A stretch of DNA of 64,000 bases from Trichosphaerium sp. ATCC 40318 (Eukaryota; Protista; Tubulinea). The stretch is from contig JALMLS010000516.1 of NCBI GenBank assembly GCA_038496445.1, forward strand, positions 310,001 through 374,000. The letters run 5' to 3'. This document shows positions 1-10,074 of this stretch, piece after piece. The notes under the pieces are model-generated. The model saw only the letters and a list, made by a program, of their open reading frames with translations, ran no database searches and was not told the DNA's origin. How positions within the stretch are numbered: the stretch's first letter is position 1; each line of letters begins with the position of its first letter. Both the position numbers and the translations under genes were made by a program.

Positions 1-255
1 CCACTCCATAGCTCAAAATCAGGGGAATAACTTCCGCTCTTCGTCATACTACCAATGTAAAACGACGTTACAGAGAATACTAGACTCTTTTTGTTTCTTC
101 CAGCGTCCGCTATGGCGATTGGTTTGTAGTTCTTGGCTTTATTGGAACGCTTAAAATATATCTTGACAATTTGTTAGCGTAATCAATAGAGATCATAGCA
201 ACGCACCTCACGTCCCATGAAAGATGCTCTTCCCAGAAGCACCAATAAGTGGCTA
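1..255 (-). CDS. Possible 5' part of an unknown spliced gene running off the window start
   Basis: GTGCGT...TTAAG intron-like segment at about 151-206, followed by an open frame (SNKAKNYKPIAIADAGRNKK...) to position 1; no recognisable domain. Confidence 0.3.
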
Positions 256-917
256 TTTTTTATAGTAGCGAAGGCGAAGCACTTTCTCCTGAGCGGAGAA
301 ATTATCAGAAAATGCTCTCAGAGATAGTTTTGGAAAGTGTAGGTACTTGCGTTTAAAAACGCTGGAGAATTCCAGAAAAATTATGTAACGTACCCTTTCA
401 TAATCTTTTTCACTTTAACTACTGTTACGCCTTTGGTTTCTAAAAACGTCTTTAACGACGCGGGCGTCGCCTGTTTAAGGGGGTAAGAACGCAATGTACT
501 AAACTTTGAGTACGTTATAAGGCACGTTACCAATGTAAACTTCAAAAGCTTCCATTTGATGAACCCTAATATGTAACGTATTTTAATGCTTAGAAAGAAC
601 GAGTGGCTTTGCGAACTGCCTTTTACACAAGGAGTCAACTCCAGTAAACTGCATGACATTAATGCACGTGCGAGATAGTTATTGTAGGTTTTACCACGTG
701 ATAAAAATGGTTGCTTGTGTATAGCTTGTAGATTGATAGTTAATCCGTAACTCTTTATTTACAATCAAACTAGTTGGTTCTTCACTTAGATATTTTAAAT
801 ATCAATCTCGCGTGCATTTTGCTAGAACTGTATTACCAAGCTGTAGTTAGCATATTAACGTACTGTCTTTTCTCTCTTGAACGGCATTACAGTCCTTCTC
901 AATGGCTGAAACACAAG

Positions 918-2631
918 TTAGAAAAAGGTGTGTGTAAAATTTGTTTCTTTTAAGACACGTACCTTTACATAATATACCACTGCTGTAATTATAATGACAA
1001 TAGCTATAACACCAAATACAATTATTAGGGCTCCCCACCAACGTATCCCGCCAACCAGATTCTCCTGGCAAATGTCTTTGACTGCAAAAACTACAGACAA
1101 TGTTGTTTCGGTATACTCTGAACTACCTATTGTAACGTTCTTACAATTATCTTCTGACACTGTATGGATTGTTGAGAATTCAGATGTCAAGCAATTGTAC
1201 TCAAGCAAATCACGCTTTTCTCCGTCCTTCGGAGGCGTACCAATCTTTACCAGAAGGGTTCCATCCTGAGAATCAAGGCAGCCTTCAAAGGAATTTGGTT
1301 AGGGATACTAAAAACCATCACAGCCATACCGGACACTGTAATAGTAGCATCATCGGTAACTGTCAGAGTGCTATTTGTTACATTAAGGCCACCTGATATT
1401 TCCGTAGGTATAATAACGAGAATATCCTCATCAATGACTATGTCAATCTAGCAATTTTATTAATTCCATCAACAAGTATTAAGCTCACTTTTCGAGGTTC
1501 AGTGCGATTTACAGGAACAAATTCGTTAATAACTTCCTCTGCTGAAGATGTAGAGTCAGATTACAATTGTGTAAACAAAGAGAGGTATTATACCATATTC
1601 CATAGCCTTCTGGAGTAGTTGACGTGTTGATTGTTTGATCATCTGATCATTTATGAATACTGTAGCATCGCCAATAAGAATAACCCTTCCTTTGCCTGTT
1701 TATTGTTAAGCCCACAACACGACACATGAAAAACGCGTACCCAATTCAACATCAACTATGGCAGCATCTTTTTCATCGTCTTTGTATGTTGCCACAACGC
1801 TAGCGTTTGTACTTATAGAGAATCTCACTAACTACTATAAGTACAATACTGAGAAAAATAAATAAACAGTACCTCTATCATTGACAAACTCAGGATTGTC
1901 AGATAAGCTATCTACTATCGGATGCGGAGGGTCTGGAATATACACCTAAGTTCATTTAATTCTTCAAAGCGCAAAGTTAATACTAGTACCTCGTCTCTTC
2001 CAAAAACCCACCAATCTTTCCTACATGATCCATCACATTGTTGAGGTGTTATACCTGTTGTTAGCGTTATGAGCTGAGGTAGAATCAAAGATTCTTGCCT
2101 GGTATAGAACTACAATAGCTGTGGTTGGGTTCGTCGCACATTAGGTAAGCAACATGACCTTCTTTAACCCACTCCATAATAGCAGACTCCTCATTATTTT
2201 CTTTCATAGCTCCAGTAAATAGAACGTCTTGGTCGTATAGGGTTGAATTATTGAGCTCTGATACTAGTGTAACCGTGTGGCCACTGAACTCTGTATAATA
2301 GTTAATACGTTGACGCTGATACAAAAAGTAAAGAAAGCGTACCAAGCGCTTGTCTGGCGCCGTAATATTGACCGCCACCAAACGACCATGACAATCCGAT
2401 GATGCCGTATGGGTCCCTTTAAGTTCATTAGTTCTCTGACTGTCCATAGGACGGCTTTTTTAGGTTACAAGATAGACCGGTTACAAAGTGAAATAAACAA
2501 AAAAAAAGTCGGGCCTTTTGGGCGTACCTGAACGTGTCCGGTACTACTACTTTAAGGCAAATCACATGCGCGTGGAATATAGATAGCATAAATAATGGGA
2601 ATAGTAGCCTACGAAGCACAGTTTGTTCCAT
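918..2631 (-). CDS. Multi-exon type I membrane protein of unknown function
   Basis: Signal peptide MEQTVLRRLLFPLFMLSIFHAHVIC, about 10 short GT-AG introns, Cys-containing ectodomain, C-terminal TM helix WWGALIIVFGVIAIVIIITAVVYY followed by a basic stop-transfer stretch. Confidence 0.7.
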
Positions 2632-3533
2632 AACGCCACAGTTTCAGCTTCTAGAGAGTGTTGACACGTGTTTGACAATTTCTAAAGTTTTTAAGTATTC
2701 TCGAAGTAGAAAGAGAGCAAATCGGACTTTTTTGCTTGTAAATGTACAATAGTTGGTGTGTACAGGCTTGTGACAAATATTGCTTTCCGTCACGTGATGG
2801 GATAGGAAATAAACCCAAAATACCACGTGTTAAGTCACTTGGGTGTTAAGCCAATATTGGAAGCCACGTACTACGTTGCAATCATAACATAGTCGCAGTT
2901 GCTACCAATGTTCCAAATTGTGAACAAAAACCAGTTTCACTGGTAGACTCATATTTACCGCAGCTTGTTAGTTAGAATAAAATTCAGTATTTGTTGGTAG
3001 TTGCTTTGTGTTGTTGTTACAATATTGGTTGAGTCCTGAAAGTCACAAAAGACGGATACAATAATTCACCAAACCTTTTTTTGACGCACAAAGTAGTGGC
3101 CTTAGTGGCCGAAGTGTTTAAATTGGTACAACATGATTTACCAGAGCTAGCATTCGTTAACTCTGACTATTTATCATACTACTCTTATCTAGCAATCTAG
3201 ATTGTCTGCTAGTGGCTTAAAATATAGGCTTAGCCAAAGGGAACAAAACTCAGTCAGCCAAACTATTGTTCTTCCGTTATGAATACAAGCAATATTCGTA
3301 TTCATTGTCCTACATGGCATATTCATGAATATTATTCATGAATATTCACCGGCATTTTATTTCAAGGATTGTGGAGCTTTAAATTTGTAACACATATGCT
3401 GTTGTCACTTCACAGGAATCCTCGTTTTTTCGCCACAATCAGCAAAGCATAAAAGCCCAACAATCCAACAAAGTCAAATTGCACAATTCGACAATACAGT
3501 GGTTCTAATACAATTTATTGCGACTACTTCTTT

Positions 3534-4741
3534 TTAAGTCAAGTTATTGCCATTTGGCGTCACTTGAATGGACTTTTCGTTGCCTTGGGCCATATCTACG
3601 GCTGTTACGGTGAGCACACCGTTAGTATTAAAGTCAAACTTTACTTTCATTTGAGGGACACCTATTATCGTTTGTTAATAAACTGTACTTCTTCTGTAAG
3701 TCAGTTTGAGTGTACCTCTTGGTGCAGGGACTATTCCATCGAGGGTAAACTGTCCAAGTAGCCTATTATGCCGTACCATGGCTCCTTCTCCTTCAAATAT
3801 TTTTATATCCACTGCTGTCTGATTATCAGCGAAGGTGGAAAAGAATTGTTCTTTTGAAGCAGGCATCTTTGTGTAGCTAAAACAACAATCAAATGTAAGT
3901 CGGCAGAGCTCGATGCTTGTTATTTGTGTACCACGTTATGAGCTTTGTCATTACACCGCCAACAGTTTCAATGCCTAAACTGAGAGATGTCACGTCCCAT
4001 AACACTAGCTTGTCAATTAGAGCATATCTCGGTTGTGTCAATTTTATACGCTCAAATTGATATGTTCTCGCGCCTGTTATATTGAACTTCATAGGCAGGT
4101 TTCTTGTGGTTACGTGAGCATATCCAGGATATGCATGTCTATTAAACAGACAAGACCCTATCAGTTGTAAACCGCATTGATAAGCTAATCTGCAAACTCC
4201 CCACTGACTGTAAGGAAGCGCGTGGTCCTATTAGCAATTGGGCTCAGCTAACGTTAAAAAAAGCACATGTGCCTTTACTGTTATGTGAATGAAGCCACCA
4301 GGTTTAAGATGATTCTTTGCCGACGAAAAGAAACCCTTGACGAGCGACTGGTTGTAGCATATCGGGCGCTGTATTCCAGTATGTGGGAAGTTGAATATTA
4401 TACAATCAAACCTAGAATTGTTGAAAATAGGAAACAAAAAACAATAGTACTTCTTGGACTTCATGGTACGATGTAAACATGTTGCATCTACCTCAAGTAG
4501 TACACTTGTACGCATTTGAATCAGCTCAGTGATATTCCTCAAGGCGTTTTTGTACTTACTTACAACCACGAGATAGCTATCCAAAGTAGTTGCTGTAATA
4601 TTGGATGCATGTTTGAACGTGGAAGCAAGGCCTATAATTCAATTAAGCTTTTAGAGAATTAACGTCCTCACCCTTGCTAAAAGAGAAATCACCATCACCA
4701 ACAATGAGAATATCTTTATTAGCGGTATAAGGTTTGTACAT
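3534..4741 (-). CDS. Chimeric BMT5-like/DUF2431 rRNA (uridine-N3) methyltransferase domain fused to an Hsp70 substrate-binding beta domain
   Basis: Spliced frame contains [43 protein letters not shown] (DUF2431 motifs) and runs within one exon into [24 protein letters not shown]...FSTFADNQ...[14 protein letters not shown] (Hsp70 SBD); stop at 3534-3536, then AATAAA. The start may lie about 100 nt further upstream. Confidence 0.8.
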
Positions 4742-4975
4742 TGGTAAACAACCCTTTTCTTGCTTTCTTAAGGTTTTTGATTAAGCCACCTCTCTCAGAG
4801 GAAGTGTATGGATCTTGTAAACCAACCTATGTGATATCATGTCATACAGCAATGGTGGTTTATTATTATTGTATCAAAATTGCATAGAAAACTACATCCG
4901 AAAAGATAACGGTTTTTTTATTTGTTAACACGTTTCAACACAACGATACAATTTTGCAAAGTCACTTTAGTAATG

Positions 4976-6256
4976 TTACTCTTCATCAAAGTATTGCCGA
5001 CGAACCCATGGCTCATAGGAAAGCATGAGATCAACATGATATTTTACCTCTGAATTGATATATTTCTTGTTACTTTTAAGCTTGGTCATGAGAGAAGAAC
5101 TTAAAGCTTCATCTACATTTGGATAAACGTCATCACCACAGCAATACCAATCACACATTTTGGATGACTTGTTTTCAAGAATGGCATTGATAATAAGCGC
5201 TACACTTGCGTCTGATAGAATAGGTTGTCCGAGCTCGCTGACATGAATATCGAGCGCACAAAGGTGAGTATTGCAACGCAATCCACGTGATAAGTGTTGA
5301 CCAGCGGCATTCAACTGCAGACCGTTAACTCCTGGCAGTTTTAGTACCTTGAGGGACGGATAATTTGCAGCAATTAAGTCACCAATAGCCTTCCATCCGG
5401 TGGCAGATAATGTAACATATCGTAAACAAAGTTCTTTTAACTTGAAGTTCGATAGAGAAAGCAACGCGCCAAGAAATTCGTCAACATTCGTGCAGCTATG
5501 AATACAGAGAGTCTCAAGTGCATTGTTGGTTTCAAGTGCTTCAGCTATACCTTTTATACTTGCTACCCCTTCAGCTCCAAAGTCGAGTTTACGAATTACA
5601 CAATAAGGGTCTGCGATGAGTCGTTGGATTTCCTTAATATCAGTGCTGGACTCTCCGACATTTTCGAAAGAAAGGCATCTGACCTTGTCAGAAAATTCCA
5701 GTATAGCATCAACAATTGTCTTCACATGATCAGTTACAAGAGTATCAACAATACCTATGTTGAATATATTTGGGTCATTGTTGTCCTTAATAAAGTTGGC
5801 AACAATTGTTGCGTTGCTGCTTGGATTTTCAAAGTCGTTCAATCCAAAACATTTTTCAACACTGTAGACGTCAAAGTCAAGTAACGATTCTTGTTCTCCT
5901 TCTTTGTTTTCTTCAATTTCTATTCCTTCTAATTCATAGCTATATTGTTCCATAAAGTCCTTGCTGTTCTGTTTATTGTACTCGGTTTCCCACACTTGCC
6001 ATTTTCTCATTTTTTTCCACAAGGCCAATTTTGTTTTTGTTTCGTCACTGGAAAATCGTGGATCAAGCGAGACGTTGTAGTCTTCTTTGCATTTAAGAGA
6101 CCATATAAATGATGCTGATACAGCTGATTTGGTCATGTGAGAACATTGGAGTAGTTGGATAATGCTACAACCCTTTATTTCTTGTGCTATAATCTGAAGG
6201 AGATTCTCGTCAATGGATGGTGTGTTAGTTGTAACTGCGGTCATTTTTTTCTTCAT
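4976..6256 (-). CDS. Intronless F-box-like plus RNI-type leucine-rich repeat protein
   Basis: 426-aa ORF; N-terminal IDENLLQIIAQEI...LLQCSHMTK...IWSLKC fits the F-box pattern; repeats such as IAEALETNNALETLCI and LSRGLRCNTHLCALDI. Confidence 0.75.
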   Translation of the reverse strand: MKKKMTAVTTNTPSIDENLLQIIAQEIKGCSIIQLLQCSHMTKSAVSASFIWSLKCKEDYNVSLDPRFSSDETKTKLALWKKMRKWQVWETEYNKQNSKDFMEQYSYELEGIEIEENKEGEQESLLDFDVYSVEKCFGLNDFENPSSNATIVANFIKDNNDPNIFNIGIVDTLVTDHVKTIVDAILEFSDKVRCLSFENVGESSTDIKEIQRLIADPYCVIRKLDFGAEGVASIKGIAEALETNNALETLCIHSCTNVDEFLGALLSLSNFKLKELCLRYVTLSATGWKAIGDLIAANYPSLKVLKLPGVNGLQLNAAGQHLSRGLRCNTHLCALDIHVSELGQPILSDASVALIINAILENKSSKMCDWYCCGDDVYPNVDEALSSSLMTKLKSNKKYINSEVKYHVDLMLSYEPWVRRQYFDEE

Positions 6257-6869
6257 TATACGTTCCTAGTTGATAATTAGTATGTTGTGTACCCATTCTG
6301 GCAAAAACTTCGATTTGGCGGGTAAAGTGTTCTTCGAAAAAAAGAAAATCCCGCGCTTTTGAAAAAACAAGTTTGGTTTAGTTTAATAACGCTTGTGGAG
6401 GTGTTTGTTCGTATGTAGGCTTTTAAAACATACCTGTTTTAACCTTGGAGACAAAAAATGCTTAGTAGCTGTTGTTTGAGTCGTAGTGTTTAGTGGGTTT
6501 TAAAAAATTTTCAATATTTTCGAAAAACAACGACTTTTCTCCAACATTGTGCGGCACAAACGCGAAATTAGTACTCTTAAGTCTTTATATACTATATGAG
6601 AGCAATTTGCGACTATCATGACACCAGTTTGGTGAAAATATGTCAAGTTTCTGGAGACTAAGGCCTGTTTCTTAAAAATAAAGGAAAAAAAAATGGTAGG
6701 AAAACTCAAGGTTTAACATTTCTCCGACCACTCGTAGTCACTAGACTATAATCCCAATATCAAGACGTACGGACGATTCCAAAAGGAAGCTCAAGTTTCA
6801 TCTGTCACGTGAAACAATAGATTCCATCCTACACATAATTTTCGAACTATTTATTGAGAACCACTCAAA

Positions 6870-7545
6870 TTTGGTAGAAACTAGCGATGTTCCAAACGAA
6901 TAGAATACCGAATCTATCGCCAGAACGTAAAAAGTTGGAAATAGTCGAATATATTCCGATTCGGTTTTCAGAGAAGAGCGACTGTGAAACTGAAAGTTGT
7001 TGGCTTTTTTTTTAATCACCAAGTGCTTTTTGTTCATCCAAACCACTCTCATACGTTTTAAAATGCATATTTCTATACATAGAGTGGTTGAAAGCCCTAT
7101 ATTGAGTGAGTTTAAGATATCTACGTTTTAGCGGTAAAACTAAGTCACAGTAAGCCTAACCGACACTTTTGTTGTGTGAAATTGTGCCAGTGGTGACGTT
7201 TTTTTGACAATTCGAGCCAATCTTGAGCCCACCACGTGATCTATTTTTTTGCTGTCTCAAAACCACTTTTTAGTACTTTCCACGCGTAGAAATAGCCATC
7301 ACTTGAGGTAAAACATATTTTAACACAATTTTGTAGTTTTATCTATTCACTTGCTCTATTAAAAAAAAGTCTCAGACGTGTTCGGATGTAAAAAAATGGG
7401 TTCAGGACAGCAATAAGGATGTAATTTGTGCCGTTTTATCTCACCACAAAAAAAGCGAGAAGAATATATTCGAATAAACCAAGAAAATTTGGTTCAAATA
7501 CGAATTTTGCAATCTATCCGTTTGGAACATCGCTAGTAGAAACCA
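6870..7545. repeat. Degenerate long inverted repeat (foldback/MITE-like)
   Basis: Exact 19-bp inverted match 6880-6898/7519-7537, 12-bp match 6945-6956/7462-7473 and a near match at 7035-7043/7380-7388, all about one axis near 7209. Confidence 0.7.
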
Positions 7546-7931
7546 GTTTTTAGATGATTATTGTCTCATTCAAGTTTACAGCCATACTGTTCCTTTAGCA
7601 AAAACAAAAACCAGTTTCTGCCTGATCGATGACAGAACTAGCAAATCTCACTTTTTTAAACGTGATGCCCTCACGTGAGGTCAAGCGGAAAATTCTTGCG
7701 AATCCAGTGATAAAAACAATTGTAAAAACATATTTGACCCTGGTAGCGTTTACAAAGCCTACAACAACGTTGGTAGTGTTGTGAGAGGTTTTTACATTAA
7801 TACACCTGCTTTGCTGTTTGAATGCTGCGATAGCGCTTCCGTTAGCGTGGAGTAGGCACTAGCGTAGCGCTAGTAAGTTATACATGTACGTTGATTTTTT
7901 AGAGCAAAACAAACGGCAAACAGTGTTTGAG

Positions 7932-8038
7932 GCATTCTTTTGTTTAGAGATGTTGTGATTATCTAAATATCTAGATATCTACTTTTTTTTTCAAAACTAG
8001 ATATCTAGATAATCACAACATCTCTTTTGGTGGAATGC
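7932..8038. repeat. Near-perfect hairpin (28-bp stem), pre-miRNA-like
   Basis: 7946-7973 is the reverse complement of 7998-8025 with one mismatch; outer closing helix GCATTC/GAATGC. Confidence 0.75.
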
Positions 8039-10074
8039 AAAAGCTGTGTAGACCATCAATCCTTTTTCTTCGGTTTTAGCTCAATAGAGTAAGAAGAAAA
8101 ATACGAACCACAAGAAATGAATCTGATACTTTACACTAAAATATGTCGGTATTAGTGAGCACGTGCAAGATCCTCCAACACCACAAAGCCACGAACAACG
8201 CTACAATTCTGTATAAACACATTGTTCATAAAAAGTATTACAAAGCTCCGAGATATTACAATAACCTGTCCTGATACTTTCTAAGCTTCAAAAAATTTAG
8301 CTTAAACCAAAACAAACATGAAAAAAATGAGAAAATGAACTTCGCTAGCGTTTACAAATAAACCAACTACTACCCTTCTCAGCCTTCCAACCTGTGTGAA
8401 CCATATATTCCACTTACGCTGTAGGCAACCAGGAACTTAGAAAAAAGCAGCATACAGCCAAATCATCACGTTTAGCAATGCCAAGCATTCTCTACGCGTA
8501 GGGTATGCTATTACAATTATTTACACGCTTAAACGTAATCAGTGACAATCAGAATTCAAAAAGGAAAGAAGTATAATGTATGTAGCGTTTTAACACCATG
8601 TAAACGAACTGGCACAATATGGACCCTCACACAAAAAAAATAAAGTTTCGGTTGACTTGTGTTTACAAAAACACTTTTGTAGACTGCCGCTGTATGATGC
8701 TTTTCAGCTGTGTTTAGTTCAATATTATACAAAAGCGTAAAACGACCAAGAAGACCTGTTCTTGAGCGCTCAGTTTAAACTTATTTTCACAGGGTAAAAA
8801 ACAGCAGTAATGGCTTGACGCGAATCGCTTGTAACAGCACACGCATTTTATCGGTACTCACTTTTTATGGCCTTACTTATCTTGTTTTACGCACGTTAGT
8901 GGCTACAGCTGTCCTATCAGACATATTTCAACCCACGCGTGCGTTCAAAGTCTGTGTGTAAACCTACCCACGGCCACAGCTTTCTGGTACGTTACAGTAT
9001 CCACAACCATTCATTAAGGACCCACAGTCAAAGGACAGTGAGAAAATCAGGTACGTAGCTGAAACCTATCGCGACCACACAACGAACTAGCATACTGACG
9101 CGCATGCGCGTGTCGGTCGTACCAGAAGTTTGAAATAACAAGCGATGTAAATCCTAACTGTAACGGGCGATTCTTGATCCTTACGCTATCTGTACGCGTG
9201 CAGGCAAATGCTCAAGTACATGGCGTCGTGACAAGTTTTTTGAAATAAACCAAAAATAAATGCATTTTTTTTTGGTTTCGTCGTGTTTCTAAGGCATTTT
9301 GTCGTTTCAGCTTTTGCGGTTTATACGCACCTGTACGCACTATATTAGTCATCACAGGGCTCCATAGAGTCCAATTCAACCTAATATTGACGGAGTAATT
9401 GACAACATTGCTGAAAAAAAGTGAAATTTCATTGAAATACAAGATAAGCACCCTAGAATTACGCGTAGTTGCAACTCCAAATTTCCAAAATCACGCAATA
9501 CATGCAGGCGCATAACATACTGTGATTTTGTTTTAGTTTGCATCCCACTTTTTTTTTCCTGGATATTTTTTCGTGGTATAAAAAGTGCAGATATTTTTTT
9601 GCTTTCAGGTTGGGATTTGGTCTCCCTTCGGTGTCCTCTTCTTCCGCTTAACATACGGAAATGGCACGTCCCCCAAGGCTCAGGAGTTGACCGCCAACGA
9701 GCGAGCGCCTTGGCTTAGTAAGTCAGTAAACCGTTGCCCGAACCCAGATTAGAATGTCGACCTCTTCCTGGTAAGTACCGGCAAATCGGGGGTCCGCTTC
9801 TTCAAAAAGTATTCTACAAAACAAAAAGTCTAGCTGCAGCTACACAATGACTTCTTACACTAGTGAGCTTTTTTGACACTCTTACCTTTTGTTATAACCA
9901 GTTAATACCGTTTAACCTAATTGTATTGGCCCAAGTGCAACCTAGCGAGAGCTTATTCTTGTCTTTCAATTGAGCAAAGTTTATACTCTTTTTTAGCTGT
10001 AAGCTATTGTGATAATCACTATTGTAGAGTTTAAATCTTTTATAAACAAATGCTACACATTCCATATCTTTTGC

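Noticed and set aside
610-636. GCCTTTTAC resembling U5 snRNA loop 1
   Set aside because: No closing stem around the loop and no Sm site at the expected distance
3093-3130. GTGGCCGAAGTGTTTAA resembling a tRNA-Ser/Leu A-box
   Set aside because: No T-loop (GTTCRA) or acceptor stem downstream
3534-4025. Hsp70 fragment as a dead pseudogene
   Set aside because: After splicing the two conserved introns the frame is intact and continuous with the upstream DUF2431 exon
9766-9779. TACTTACCAGG on the minus strand resembling the U1 snRNA 5' end
   Set aside because: U1-70K and U1A loop sequences and an Sm site are not present
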